A DNA stretch of 62,960 nucleotides, the filler included, from Octopus bimaculoides (taxonomy: Eukaryota), in assembly GCF_001194135.2 (NCBI RefSeq). It is 12 parts of 12 records of this genome, joined end to end, with 100 filler letters (N's around TTAATTAATTAA, not from the genome) between each part and the next. Parts side by side here need not be neighbours in the genome. Positions count along the whole stretch, not along the records: positions 6,927 to 34,274 come from NC_068983.1; 11 more parts are not named here. The stretch is one strand, 5' to 3'. Position 1 is the stretch's first letter. Every line of letters begins with the position of its first letter. Shown one piece after another: positions 11,866-27,200 of this stretch. The notes beneath the pieces are model-generated. The model searched no databases, was not told where the DNA came from, and saw only the letters and a program-made list of their open reading frames with translations. The position numbers and the translations under genes were made by a program.

Positions 11866-12029
11866 CTGACGCACATACACACATAGATTCACACACGCAA
11901 ACACATTACAAAAACATAATTGACAAACTTATCAATATCAGAGTACCGAATTGGTACTTTAATCTGCCAAAGAAATAAAACAGAGGTGTAATTTAAACTA
12001 AGAATCTAATAAGCCGTAAAGGATTGCAA

Positions 12030-12480
12030 CATGGAGATTCCTATGATTCTCACACGCATTCCAATAGAGACAATCCTCTGTTTTATTATATGAGTTGCCT
12101 CATATATTGTACGAATGCTTTCAAAAATTGCCATGCATTATCTGTGTCAACATATTCTAATGTCTTTCGAGTCGTTTATACAAGCCAGTTATATTTCATG
12201 GCTTTATCGTTTCTGCAGAGCACTATTGCCTGAATGCAGAGTATCTTTAACTGTTAGTCTGTGTCATTACTGGCAGTTATGAGTAATTGTTTTCCCTGGA
12301 AGGCCCTGGTTCTCTTTTTTATATCGTCGAGTCAATCCTGGTTATATCTAATTTGATGGTGAAATATATCTGCAGCAGAGATGTATAAAATCTCTTCCAG
12401 AGAATTCCAGCTGCACTCTGTGTCATCAGTATTGAAGAATGTTTTGATGTATCTTTCATAAATATTTTTAGTAGCATAAA
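12030..12480 (-). mobile_element. Highly decayed RTE-clade LINE ORF2 fragment (endonuclease-RT linker)
   Basis: WNSLEEILYISAADIFHHQIRYNQD*LDD resembles RTE W..LRD.I...A.E.LG...RK.QDWFDEN; SIRTIYEA resembles ALK.IYGP. Confidence 0.5.
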
Positions 12481-13254
12481 TATTTTCAGAACCTATCACT
12501 GACTTTTACATTTCAACTTCATTTTATTAACAATAAACCTATGATCAGTGCTGCTGTCAAATTCACACATTAACCATTATTCGCTTGTCATTGACTTAGC
12601 GCTTTCTCACATCTGTAGTCCAGCAGAAGCCAGTATTTAGATCGAATATGTAACCAATATGTATCCAATTAACAGCCTTGAAAATGTAAAAATATAATGT
12701 AAATATTTTTGTGAGAAACATAGTGCTCAGTAAATATGAAGTATTCAGCTTTATATGGATAACACAACGATATATATACACCTTGGAAATTATGTCTGTA
12801 TGTATGTATGTATGCTTGTGTGTTAGTATATGTGTGAGTGTGTGTTTACTTAACGTATAGCACTCTTTAATAACTTTTACGTTTAGTATTTTTTGATGAC
12901 TATTCATTTTTGTGCATATCTATATATGTATATTTCTATATATACATGTATACAGACACATATATATGTATATCATTATACCATAAATAAAAATAAAAAC
13001 GTTCAAATTCGAAATCTATTTAAAACTTACTAAAAGATCAAAGAATATATATANNNNNNNNNNNNNNNNNNNNNNNNNNNNNNNNNNNNNNNNNNNNNNN
13101 NNNNNNNNNNNNNNNNNNNNNNNNNNNNNNNNNNNTATATGCATATACATGCATACATACATATATATACATACATATATTTATATATATATATGTGCAC
13201 ACATATATGTTATATATGCACGCGAGCACACACGCACACACACATGAATGAATG

Positions 13255-13357
<103 letters not shown>

Positions 13358-13612
13358 ATGTATGTATGTAGGTATGCATACATGCAAATCTACCTGATGC
13401 AGAATGTTGAGTAATTGCGTCAGACAACGTGAGATTCACAAAAAAAAAATATCTATAATTTTATTCTTTAAGTACATCTTCCTTGAGATCTGTAGTAATT
13501 TTTCTACTTTCAATAATTTTTGCAGATGTCCTACTACCATCTATATGCGTATATATGTATACACATCCATCCATCCATCCATCCATCCATACATACATAC
13601 ATATACATATAC

Positions 13613-13650
<38 letters not shown>

Positions 13651-14649
13651 ATAAATAGATAGATATTCATTCCACCGCCATTTTGTAATTTCCTGTAATT
13701 TCCTCATGTGCTACCACGTCTACCTCCTTCACTACTAGAATTGTTTCAACTTCACTTTGGAATTTAAATATCTTCAATATTATTTTATTAGTACATCTGT
13801 GTATTTTTTTTTCTTTGTCATATCGATTTCGCAGTATTATATTCACTTATAACAGCTGCAATTCTTAAATATATCTGCGCATATTAAATGAATGTAGGAA
13901 TGAATGTGCGTTTTATTACAACTTTTTTATGAGTTCGCTACTAACTTGGGGTACGTTTGCCGAGGGTATAATAGATTCACTTCGTTTATATTTATATATT
14001 CTGATTACTATTTGCTAGAAAGAAACACAGCGCAGTGCTAATCAACCGTTACCGAGTTATTGATAACGTAGCAGACTGCAGGTCTTTTCTCAGTCAGGTA
14101 TCGTGGATTCTATCCTTTCATTTCGAAATACCTTTACGTGGAAGATTTATATTTCAGAAGCATTAGTGTCAGCGATGCCTATATAAAGATAATCTTGAAC
14201 ACTCAGCAGTCATACTTACATAATGATATTTACTAGGCTAAAATTCGTCTATGCTTAGATGCGACAGTCTGTGTGCGTGAGGTGTGGGGATGAGGGAAAA
14301 TATTTCGTCGGTTTACATTCCAGATGCCGGCAAAGTGAGCAGGTACTCCATCACTATTTAGTATTTTACTGTGATGATGACCTGACAATTTAAAGATGGC
14401 TTTAGGAAGAACTTAAGGATCGTTAACACAGTTTGCTTAAATGTAATTATTAACAGTAAAGAGCGTTACAGCTCCTAGACAGTACTTGGAACTTCAAGAG
14501 AGGTAAAGACTGCCTCTGTCGAAAAATGTAATTTACAGGCCTTATATAATCTTAGGAATTCAAGTCATCCGTACGCTCAATATGTAAAGAGTAAGGATAC
14601 GTAAATGTAGCTTGTTGGAATTTCGTTTCTACTCTTTTTCTCTCTTTAC

Positions 14650-15115
<466 letters not shown>

Positions 15116-15225
15116 CCCAGGCATTTTCGTGAAACATCTCGTTAAGACGTATGTAACATTGTGTTTGTACGTGTGTTTATGCGTGCGCATGTGTGCTTAT
15201 GTATATATGTTTATCTCTGTCTCTC

Positions 15226-15282
<57 letters not shown>

Positions 15283-17857
15283 CGATTAACGCAACACGCC
15301 ATCTGGATAACTAGCCATATAAAGTAAACTTTGAAACGCGTTTTTCATAAACTTCAATTTAGCATCACTGTAAAAACAAATGAAGTAATGAAAGTATATA
15401 AACCACAAGTTTTTATCCTCGTAGACAGAAGATATTATTTTAACTCTGATTACGTTTTTATCAGATAGATTTATTTTCTGTTCACAAAGAGAAAATCAAT
15501 TAGTTTAACCCTTTTACAGTGAATCTAAATAAGATTATAATAAAAGACATGTTCTTAAGCGTATTTTAAATTAGTCATTATTCTCATTATTCCGTTTGTA
15601 ACTCTTCTTTCTACTAATTAATTGCTTCAAGTTAATTCATTTCCACTACCGAAGATAGCACTGTTTCACAAATTAAGCAATCGAATTTATTTTTGTCCTA
15701 GTGTGTGTGCATATACCACAATATAAATAACTCCAATAGATTATACTCTCTGACAAAGGAAACGAGTAAACGATTTTATATGAGGCTTTCTTTGAAAGAA
15801 AGCTGCAAGTAGTTAGATTTATCTGTTTTTCTGGCTATAAAGAATTGGAAAAAGGAAAAATAGAAAAGGAAAAATAAACGCGTTTTCATGACGATGTCTA
15901 CTTGGTCACATCCAGGTTAAACAAGTGTTTATTTCCGACAAGAAAAAAGAAAATTGTTAAAAATGTTTCCCTACTCAAACTGAAAATTCTCTCTCTCCTT
16001 CCCTTATTCTCTCATAATATATTCATGTGTGAGTGTGAATCCCCCCTCAAGCACGTTCATTAACCATGTATGCGTCATACTTAATATATATATAGAGAGA
16101 GATGGCATGGCAGCTACTGCGGTATTCGTCCAGAGATTACATATCTTATGGAATTGCCGTGTTAGAAAGCCATATGAATGGACTAGAATTCTGCGCCTCC
16201 TGTACAGGAAACAATGAATAAAACATTAATTTTTGTCTTATATATATTTGTGTACGTGTTTATATGTATGCACTCTCACACACACGCACGCGCATATATA
16301 CACACCCAACACACGCACTTCCAACAATGGAATTGAGGTTCTGCATGTCTTCCTGGTGTCAACGACCAATAGCGAAGCAAAGAATTTTCATGAGAGAGTC
16401 TAAACCTCGATAGACAGTTGATCTATTGCAATCTTTACTGGCATAACATCTGTGTTGATATCAACTTATACAAATCGTTTCATTGATTGTATATAACTTA
16501 GGATCAAAATATTTCAATCCATGTTAAGGTTTGTGTTAAAATACATAATGCCCATTTTATCATCTGCTAGTAATACTTCGAAATGTAGCTCGGTTGCATT
16601 TAAGTCAATGTACATATTAGACGAAAGGAAATAACATTATACTCGTTGAGATACATATAATAGCTCATATACTCACCGTCTAGGTATTTAGATAAATTAT
16701 CATTCAGCTATAATACTTTAACACTTAACTAATCAATGGATGTGGAACCATAGTGAAAATTGATTGCTCATTGATCTACGCGGCAACCGTATTAATTTGC
16801 AATATCTCTTCTAACCTTATAATTTCATTATTGAAAATCAGATGCTTTTTTCTTTATATATTTCAATTGCAATGTTCACACAGACCTTGTATTCCTATAA
16901 CCTTTTCTCTATATTTCTTCTGCAATTAGTATCTAATGCATATGACAATCAACTAAATGATTTATGTTTAACTTATTGGACAATCTTAGCAAATTAGTTG
17001 TACTGCCATACAATTTGTTAAGTACTGTATTACAATCTTTCTTCGAAATATTTAGCTAAATGTTTCACTCAATATGCAGATAGTTAACATTCTTCAGCTA
17101 AAATTCTTAAACTCATTTGGGACTTGTAACTTTCTGCTTTGTGAGATTAGTCCTTATGTCGTGCGTAATTACAAGATTTTTCTTGTTTGTTTTTTTTTGT
17201 ACATTATCAAATTAAGTCTTAGGTCTCCCTAATTAATCTTTTCTACAATGTCACATAATGTTCTTGTTGATTATTTAGCTTTCCTCCTTGATCTTAGTCT
17301 TCGCAAAATAACTTCAGCATTACAAATCTCTCCGGTCAGCTGATAATGAAATATTCTATTATTATACCTCATATTTTTTCCCCATTTTCTTATCGAAATT
17401 CTTTATCAAGTTTCCTTCTTTAAGTCTTTTATATATTATTTTGTTTGATCTTATAATTTCTTAGGAAGATATCACTATGCTTTTCATTCCAATCTTTTGT
17501 TATCCATTAGAATTGATTCTACACAGATCTCTTTAATAATATCATCATGTTCAGTTGTCTCCTTTTTACAGCTGGGGCCTTGTTCTTTGCATTATTTTTC
17601 TTTCATTCTTCATCACAAAATTCGATGTAACCAAAAATCTTCTGCTTCACAAATGAACTCTTTATCAGCGGAAATGTTATCTTATTTTTTCTTCAATTAA
17701 CTAGTCTAATAGCAGTACAATAGCTCTTAGATGTTTTCTATCAATATGATACAATGTAAGTAATCGTATTCCGATATTACTGAATAACTCTGTACAATAT
17801 AGTATTAGATAGACTGGAAGGAATACTCAGTTCTATGTTAACTAACTTCTACTGCCA

Positions 17858-17897
17858 CTCTCTCTCTCTCTCTCTCTCTCCCTCTCTCTCTCTCTCC
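17858..17897. repeat. (CT)n microsatellite, representative of dozens of (TA)n, (CA)n, (CT)n, (TATC)n, (TGTC)n and (TACA)n arrays across the window
   Basis: Read directly. Confidence 0.95.
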
Positions 17898-20800
17898 TTC
17901 TGTATCTCTCATTAGTTCACTATTAGCTGTTCATAATAACTACCATCTATGATATATGTGGCAAGATAATGCTGAACGTAAATTCGTCTGATTTACATAT
18001 TCTTTCTTTCATTTACCCAAAGAATGTAAGAACGTATGGCTATCATGATACATACACACACACATACATACACACACACATACATACACACACACATACA
18101 TACATACTTACACTAATAAATACATATATGTATAGATGCATGTCTATATGCATACTTGCATACGTATTCACTTATCAATGTATTAGTACATACACATGCA
18201 CACGCACATACAAACACACACACAGACTCATACACATATATATTCATTTATATGTTCTCTGAAAATGGCTAAAGCAAACAAAAGAGAACTGAATTTTCAT
18301 GTATAGTATATATAGCTAAAATATCCCCAAACACCATTGCACGAGTTTCCGTATCCATTTCTAAGAGGGCGACATCCGGTTTCACGTTCGTGTCATAAAC
18401 TTTGTCATGCACATAATACCAAAGTGAACTATTCTCGCCTAGAAAACAACATACTGTAAATGTGAACACGTATCTGCCTTCACCCTAGTAAACTAACTGA
18501 AAATACCAAGATCAAACCTCTTGTCCACCCGAAGTCTCTTTCTAAGATCGAGGTATAATTATCTACACTCAATCCACCAGATAATAAACTCATAAGAATT
18601 ATCGGAGAGAGGTTCAAGCAACATTAAAATACAATATAGCCAACATTTACACTTCCTTCAGTCCAGAGAAGATGGTGGGGCATCACCACTCTTTCGGATT
18701 TATTTTGACGCTTAAAGACCAAGGACATACTTACTTGTCTTGTAGAATAATCAATCATAAGATTGAATTGGATAATTGCTATTGATTATGATAATGTAAA
18801 AGAGAGATTCAAACTGATGGTATAGAAATGATCGTTGCTTGAAGCTTTAATTGCGATTTTAATGGCTCAAAATGTCATTACGAAGAGTGGATGGAATGGA
18901 AAATTCTGTACTTAGTTGTACTGGAATGGTGCTACTTCGAATGTGTACTGGAAAAGTGCAGCTTTGAATCTGCAACTGCCGTTAAATTCCCGAGCTCGTT
19001 GCCATATATTGCACCAGGATTCCGTGAAACCCATTGTTTGTAGCTATTTCTGAAACCCATGCAATCTAGCCGTTTCTGCTGGCAGGAATAAAATACAAAA
19101 TATAAATGAAAATGTTATTTTGAGGTGACAGTGTATATCAGGATATAAAAGATATAAAATTTATAAATTTTATGAAGAACACACAGGCTGATATGGGACA
19201 CGGGATGATTGGATATCCCATCAGAATGATAAAGGCCGAGGAGATAGGGTGACTAAATAACTTCACTGCATTAAAGAGTAAGCGCATGTATCTAAGACAG
19301 TAGTTTTGAGTAGCCATTATGCACAAGTTGCATAAGAGAATGCTTTCGTTGAATATGTAGCAAGTGGCACACAAAAGCACCAAGTATTTTCTAGATATGA
19401 GGGAAAAATGAGTATCTAAAAAAAACCTTCAAAAAACAAGATTCTCTTGGACTACTCAAGAATCTGTTCTTACAAGATATTTCATAAACACGACAGTTAT
19501 CTTAAAAATGCAGCTCACCATTTTAGATGACAACATTTAAGACTGACAACAATATATTATTTCGATTATTTAATACTCAGGAAATTGTAGCATAATAGTA
19601 CTGCTTAACGAGTAGCCTTCTTCCATTATATGAAGACCATCATGAAATTGTGAAGATTTACTTTATAAACTGCAATCGGATAGGAGTACAACAAATATGT
19701 TACAATATCCGTGAGGAATAAAGTTGAATAAAAAAAGGATATGCTTCGTTAAATTAAACGCATACTGATGTGTGAGAATATACAACGGGTCATGTAAAAG
19801 ATATATAAAATGAAAAATATCATGATGAATATCAAAATCAGCTGCCTACATAGTTTGACCTGATGTCAAACTAATCGCTGAGATCTCTTTAAATTTGTTC
19901 CAGTCGAGAAAATCCATATTATTTTTAGAGTGTATCTCGGAATATATTACATAGTGTCTTTTATGTTACATCCTAAAAAAGATGGTCGGAGACTAGCAGT
20001 CGCAATAGAAGATTCCATTTTTTAAAACTGTTGCTGAATGGTGAGAATGAGTGGTTTCTATTGAATTTCTATATCTGGAGGTCGATGCATGCAGCAAGAG
20101 AATTCAAGTGAATTCTGGGTGGAAGAGTGGATTTGGTGATATCATAAATGCAGAATGCAAGATTATGTAATGAGGGACGAGTCGAGTAGATATGGTGGCA
20201 GTTGCAATAGACAAAAAAGGGGAAGTGGGAGAGGGAGAAAAGGAGAAAGGGAGAGAGAGAGAGAAAGTGCGTATGAACCAACAAGGGAGCCTAAGGTCTT
20301 AAATAAAGAGGCTAGAAATGACAGCTAGAAATTCCCCTCAAAAACGTGTTATCTCACGCCGTAGTAATCTCGGTTGTCAGGCCTCTGACTCCATATCTAC
20401 ATGTTCTCGGCTGACCTGAAATTAATCAACCAAAATAATTAGAATAATTTAGGAAAGCTGATCTAAAGAGGAAATATTTGCGTAGTTGTTCTCTGGATAT
20501 TTAATTACAATCTGTCTAGATCCCACTCTGCTGTCTTAAAGAGGTTGGATAAAGGTGTCTTTTCTTTGATGAATAGACGCTTTGTATGACTTGAATATCT
20601 TCTGAACATTGGTAAGCTTCATCAGAGTTGGACTGGTTAAACACAACAACGAAAGTAACATCAACAACAACAACAACAACAACTGAAGCATGACACGGAA
20701 ATAAATTTTCGCGGGATTTGAAAGTAGAACGTTAAGCGCCGAAACGAAATGCAGAAATGTGCTTAATGTTTTTGCGTGGGATTGCATTAATTTCTACATT

Positions 20801-22899
20801 AAAACGGTCAAAGTTAATTGTAATTTCAGAATTATTAAGTGAATACTGCAAAAACCAAGCCTAAGAATAAATATATAATTGCTACAACAAAAATCTTCTA
20901 CCGAAAATAAACGTGCAATTAATATTGGAGAACCCGAAAGCAACGAATAAAAATGTAGGCAATGTTTGTTTTATTAGAGTCGAAGAAAACGTGTTTATCT
21001 TATTTTAAATGATATTTAACACACCATGTTATCATTGTTAACAACTAATTATCGCAGTTCAATTTTCTTTTTCTGATCACATTTGTAAATAATTGTCATA
21101 GTTTAAATTTTGCCTGCAGTTGAACTTCATAGCTTATTCATTTATATTCTAATTTATATTATTCGAGTTTTATTTACTTCATTGTTATTAATGTATTATT
21201 GCTGCTTGTCTGAAAAAAATTTAAATTTTAAAAATTCAACCGCGGAGGATAAAAGTAAACAAAAAAAACAAAAAAAAACATAGCAACTCCAAATGCTAAG
21301 TGTTAATTATTTCTCAAGAGAAGATTTTGGAATTAATTACGTCGGGAATTGAAAAACAAAAGACGGAAAAAATGTAGAGTTATTGGCGTCCTGACTGTAA
21401 TTATGCACGGAACCATTTCTCTTTGAATTACTTAGTCAGAAGAAGAAGATAAGGGTCCGTGATCCATTTTCAGGGCTTCTGTGAATGGAAGGAGAAAGGA
21501 AATAATTTATGTTCAACGTATATTCGGTGGTTTTAGCGTAACTTTTACACAACAATATAGCCCACACTGGTTCGAGAGCTTACAACAGAGAGAACTCCAG
21601 AAATAAAATGTAGCGAGGTTAAATCCCAGAGATTCATTGTATTTGTTTCTCAGTAACCAGAACGGTCATTTCAACGGGCTTCTTTATAATATCCCAGTTT
21701 ACCAAAATTAACTCACAAGTATATTCTTCATTAATGAGGTTTGGCCAAGGCAGGAATGTATAATCTATGACTAATTCACAATGACCTGGTTTCGATTTCC
21801 TGGATGTTTTCCTTTTACGAGTCAACGCAGAGAAACTCTAGACGCCGCTAAAGTTCAACCTTGGGTTATTATTACGAGTGGTTAGTATTTAGTTTAGTTG
21901 ACTTCTGCTACCTACCGTATCATCTTGATTAGTGTGACGGATGGCCAATATCTAGAGAGCGCTGTCAGAATACATTGCAATATCTTCTATATGGCTGTTT
22001 ACATTTTTAGTTTATATCCTGTTGAGATCGTATTTATTTTTCATCCAGTTTGATTCGATAAGATGAAGTATCACTGGAGATCTGACATCGGCATAATCCT
22101 GTATAGTCCCTTCTTAAACATAAGTTCTAGTGTTTATGTTGGAGCTAGGTCATATGGGACAAAAAATATTCTGATTTGTACATTCATTACCCAAATGATA
22201 ATTTCAGGTGAATATTGTGATTGGGAGCATTAGCTTAAAGACATCTGTCACGCAGCAAATGCGTGTTCATAAGCGTTCTAGTCGTAACTATCCTGATTTT
22301 GAAGCCATGGGGTGCAATTCAACGGAAAGGTTTCGCTGTTACTTCAAACAGGGCGAGAGAACAATCACTAGAACTCCTTTGCGCTGGCTCGTGGAAAGAG
22401 AATTTCCAGGAAATGAAGACGAAATTCTTAATTAGACCCAAATTATGTTTGAAGTAACAGATATATGACTGTATTCATTACAGCCTTGGCCATACTTCAT
22501 TAATGAAGCACAAGCGAATTCATGTGTTAGTCAAGTTACATAGTTAATAATTACAGAGGTTTCTAAATTCAGCGTGAATTGAATCATTCATTGGAAGATG
22601 TGTAACCAGTCGTAACGACTCTCTACACGAGTTCTGGTAGTTTTATTTTATCGAACATATCAGAAGTCACTCAACCATTCGAGAGAAAGAACGAAGGTGA
22701 TAAAAAGAAAATGCTTTGGTTAGGTGAAGTTACAGAGTAAAATCGCTTTGTCAATGTAGAAAAGTAAACCAGATGATGAGGTACAGCCTTTCCTAATCAA
22801 TCTAAACCAATAATTACAGCTGAAAATCATTGATCACATCGATAGAAAAGCGACGAATTCGGGGGTAGGGGTGTTGAGGAAAATTCAATCTACGGCCCA

Positions 22900-22934
<35 letters not shown>

Positions 22935-23393
22935 AAAAAAAAAAAACAGTCAGAGTATTGGATAATTCTTTATTAGCACTTTCGTTCCTTTACCAACTTG
23001 TCAAGACAAAATCAAAAGAGAAATAGACAGAACGTTTCATTGTTCATTTATATGAATCGGATGTTTTTTTTTTCGTTTTGTTTAGNNNNNNNNNNNNNNN
23101 NNNNNNNNNNNNNNNNNNNNNNNNNNNNNNNNNNNNNNNNNNNNNNNNNNNNNNNNNNNNNNNNNNNNNNNNNNNNNNNNNNNNNNNNNNNNNNNNNNNN
23201 NNNNNNNNNNNNNNNNNNNNNNNNNNNNNNNNNNNNNNNNNNNNNNNNNNNNNNNNNNNNNNNNNNNNNNNNNNNTTCAATTCTTAAAAACTTCATTATA
23301 ACGTAATTTTCTTTTGTTCCTTTTTTCTTTCTCCTTTCTTTCCTATTTCGTTCATCCCCTTTCTTTTTCCCCCTTTTCTTATTTATTCCATCC

Positions 23394-23445
<52 letters not shown>

Positions 23446-23649
23446 AAGAGAGCGAAAGAGAAAGAAAGAAAGAAAGCTAACTACAGTGTTTCTCGGAGCT
23501 TATGACAAACGAATTTCATTCTCGAAGCCGCAGAAAAGAACGGGAGTCGGAAGAACGCGGTTATGCAGCAAATGTCTTAATGACATATCTAGCTTGCGTC
23601 CTTGTAATGAATATTGATGTGTAACATGTGATTAAAATCAGGCATTTAA

Positions 23650-24290
23650 ATTACCCACAGTTCATATCCCGAAGTTATTTTAGTGTCACTCCACCCCAGC
23701 TGATGAAACGTCCTTGAGCACTTTTGGAGCAAATGTGTTTCCTTTGGAGCAAATGTGCTTCCTTTGGAGCAAGTATTTTTCCACTACATGAATTACTTCT
23801 TTGTTTGTGACTTAAAATGAAGAACGTAGCACTCAACCTGAGATAATAAATGTGCAAGGAACCCAGCTGAATCTGCCTGAAACTAGGTCAGATTTTCTCT
23901 TGCTGTTATCAGATGGATGCGCCGTTAATCAGGTGTCAGATGTTGCACCCAATAAACAGAAATCTTCGTCATGTCAAGTTCATTGTGCAGAATATTTTCA
24001 ACTCTCTCACAAGGTATGCTAATCACCTGTCATCTATCAGCATGTGGTGAACACGATCAGTGTTTTCCTCGGTGATAACAGTCTAAGGACGTCCAGACCT
24101 TTTCAAGATTTTACCTCCCCCTGCTAAATTAAATTGCCCACTTTTACATTATTCATAAAGCAGGGGCGGCATCCCCTAATATAGCAGCCATGTCAGCATG
24201 AGTGTCCTTGGGAGCTAGACCCTTTTTCTGAAGGTACTTGGTAATACCACAATGCCAAATACTGTCCATTTTCAAGAGAGGTCATTACCA
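23650..24290 (-). mobile_element. Mariner transposase remnant, N-terminal half
   Basis: ATG at 24269: MDSIWHCGITKYLQKKGLAPKDTHADMAAILGDAAPAL*, then SGRP.TVITEENTDRVHHMLIDDR, ERVENILHNELDMTKIS..WV..LTPD; multiple stops and frameshifts. Confidence 0.85.
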
Positions 24291-27200
24291 GTTACATTTG
24301 ATATTTCTTTGAACAGTCAGATGTCAGTTTAATCTGGAAACAAGCAATGTAACTATCAATAAGAGGAGTTGAAATTAATTTAGCCAAGATTCCACACCTC
24401 TCGCATTATTCCTATATAATCAGCCTATGAACTTTTCAACTCGCTCTCGTAGACTTAGATTTTAAAAAAGATTTGAATATCACAATTTATTCACAAAACA
24501 CACTTTCGAATCTATCGATTCTATCCATGAATATTTATCACGGGAATATTTGATAAGGTCTAAACGTAATGCAAAGAAGCATTTATAAATATTTTCTTTG
24601 CAAGTAGCATTAAGTCGAATATATTTTAGTTTGTTAAAAAGAACTCACTCGTTTGCACTTAAATGGGCGGGTGGAGTGAGGAATGAAGTCAGTAACAAAT
24701 TCAAAGAAATTGTATCAAGTTTGCGGAAAGGAATCGATACAAATTGTGGCAGAAAACAAAGCTTTAGAGGAAATCATCACAAGCACTTTTTTTCTATAAA
24801 ACTAGTAATTTCCATCACCATGTAATATATCGATGCTGCAAGAAATACAATTATTTATCGAACCACATAATGATGAAAATGTCTCTGATCTTTGATATGG
24901 TCTGCAGTCAAAGTGTAAGATATAAAAAGCTGCAATAAAAAGATACAACTAAACTGATACAACTGTAAAATCTAGATTTACGATGAAGGCGTTTCGCTTG
25001 ACAGATGGAAAACATTTTTTAAAAAAAATAATTGATCTTTGGTGCGGGTGGATAGAATAATCTATGTCAGAATATAGGTTTTGTTGTTTTGCACACATGT
25101 CATACTGATATTTGTTTAACAGATAATATCATGCTTTCATTCTGTTTCCTATAAATGCTGTTGTTGCTGAATGTAAGAGGAAATGCTATTCTGCAAAAGC
25201 GTATCTGTTTAAAAAGCTAACACACATTTTTATTTAGTACTTATAGTATCGAAACCTTTACTAAAATGCGTTTATATTTTAATGCTACACTGTACCGTGG
25301 ATTATAGCTCTCGATTTTTAGCACCTGTATTTTATATATTTTAATGTATAATTCAATGTTTTTAACCAACCACTGCTTATGTTTACACTCTGCTCTTCGC
25401 TTATTTTCACAAACAATAAAACAAGATAATTACTGTGTTCTGTTATAAAAGTTTCTGTCAAGTGTAGAGATATATCAATAAATAAGTGATATTTAAATCA
25501 GACATATATTGAAGTTTACATAGAGCTGTAAGCTAGAGAGCCTTTTCTGTGTCTTATTTATTTGAGGTTGTGTTAAGCAAAATGCAATAGCATGCACTAT
25601 CTGAAGTTTGATCTATGTAACCACAAAAAGATTATGACAGAGTATTGCTGACTTTATAGTACTATCCTATTCCACTGATATAGCAGTTTGCGTAAGCAAA
25701 AGTCTTGTTATGTGTATCTACTGCTAAAGTAGAGCATTTATCGGTTGCATACCATAGTTTTAGACTTGTGTTATTTTATTATAAAATAAAGCGATTGTAT
25801 ACCATTTTTGATTGTATTTACTTTAAATGTTTAAAAATATATTCTATGCTACGTATCTTTACGTTCTTAGTTCAGATTTCAGTAGAGTCACCTTAAATAT
25901 TCGGTCACAAATTTTCGTGTCTAAATTTCAATACTACCGAATGAAAATTTGTCTTTCGTTTTGTCGTGGAGCTTCCGATCAAACAAATCATTGCCACTGC
26001 AGTTTTTGATAGAGCTAATGGCAAGATTGCCAAGTGCCTGAGGATACAGTTTTTAGAGCCTCTTTAACACTAGTTTAGAGGGTTCTAATGTCAATGCCTG
26101 GAATATATTTGATTGCCTTATTTTGATAGTTGGGAGGAGAAAAATCTCGTGCCCAACGTGTTTTAGCATCGATTCCAGAGAGGTTCAACAAAAGGATGAA
26201 CGCACTTACTCGTTACAGAACGCAACAAACCTAGATAATGTAGTATTTCACACCACGTAATATGGTTTCTGTGTATGTTATAGAGCAGTGATGCTGTCGA
26301 ATAAAAATTCTTTTCTACTGCACGAATTCCAAAAACTGAAATATCATTGAGATATGTCATTTGGAGTGTAATGAATCGGTTGATAATTCGGAGTGATGCT
26401 TTCATCCAAAACAGAGTCATACTCCGTATTGCTTCGGGTCTCTGCTTGACTAACGGCGGTTGTTACTTTAGTTTTATGTTATCGTATACGTTACTTATAT
26501 TTTTTGTTTAGCATTTGGGTCTCCGATGCGGCACTGTTACATAGTATATGATATGATGTGTCCAAGTTAGGGATTAATAATAATTGTTATTGCTAGCACT
26601 CAAACCGTAATCTTGACCTCCTATTTTCATTTTTTCAACTACAAAGTATGTTTACTCATCAAGAACAATGTCATGCTGGAGCAAAAGCTTAGTAATCCTA
26701 TTGCTAAAAATAGTTTCTAATTTTCAGTGACACAAAAGGGCAAATAATAATTCGATATAATAATTATCCTTTCAAATGACCAAGATTTATTTCATCTTTT
26801 CAAGGCCTACAGAAAGACCACCCACCATTCTCCCAGAATAAAATGTATGTAATGTCCCCTTTTCACAAATTCCATGAATAAGAAGAACGAGTCCACACAT
26901 TTTTTCGTATGTATAATTATGTTTCAACATCTAGTATAAAAAACAAAGAATCTCTCACAGCTTTTGCCTTTTATGTCCCAACGTATTTCGTTGATAGGGC
27001 AAAGTTATCAAACCAGTTTTGTCACCTTCCAGTTGAAATAAACATTTTCAATTGATAGTGAACGGCAACGATTGACTGATATTTATACATACCAAAACGA
27101 TAAATATGACAGCGTAGAAATGATTACATTGTCTGCTTAGGATAAAATAAGATATGGCTTCGAAATCACTGTTGACATTCTCCTTGTGAAATCAAAAGTT

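Noticed and set aside
16676-16706. 31-nt minus-strand micro-exon candidate LNDNLSKYLD with GTGAGT donor
   Set aside because: Poor polypyrimidine tract; too short to distinguish from chance
16800-17700. Purine-rich minus strand that looks like decayed coding sequence
   Set aside because: Stops in all frames and no motif I can assign to a family
18840-19085. GFNGSKC/GWNGKFC-like EGF echoes on +, and a strong acceptor with a 48-codon frame on -
   Set aside because: Cys spacing does not fit EGF repeats and the pieces lie in different frames; no donor in frame
26100-26460. Possible piggyBac-like remnant (EILHYLGLL)
   Set aside because: A single short motif; no TTAA/TIR evidence
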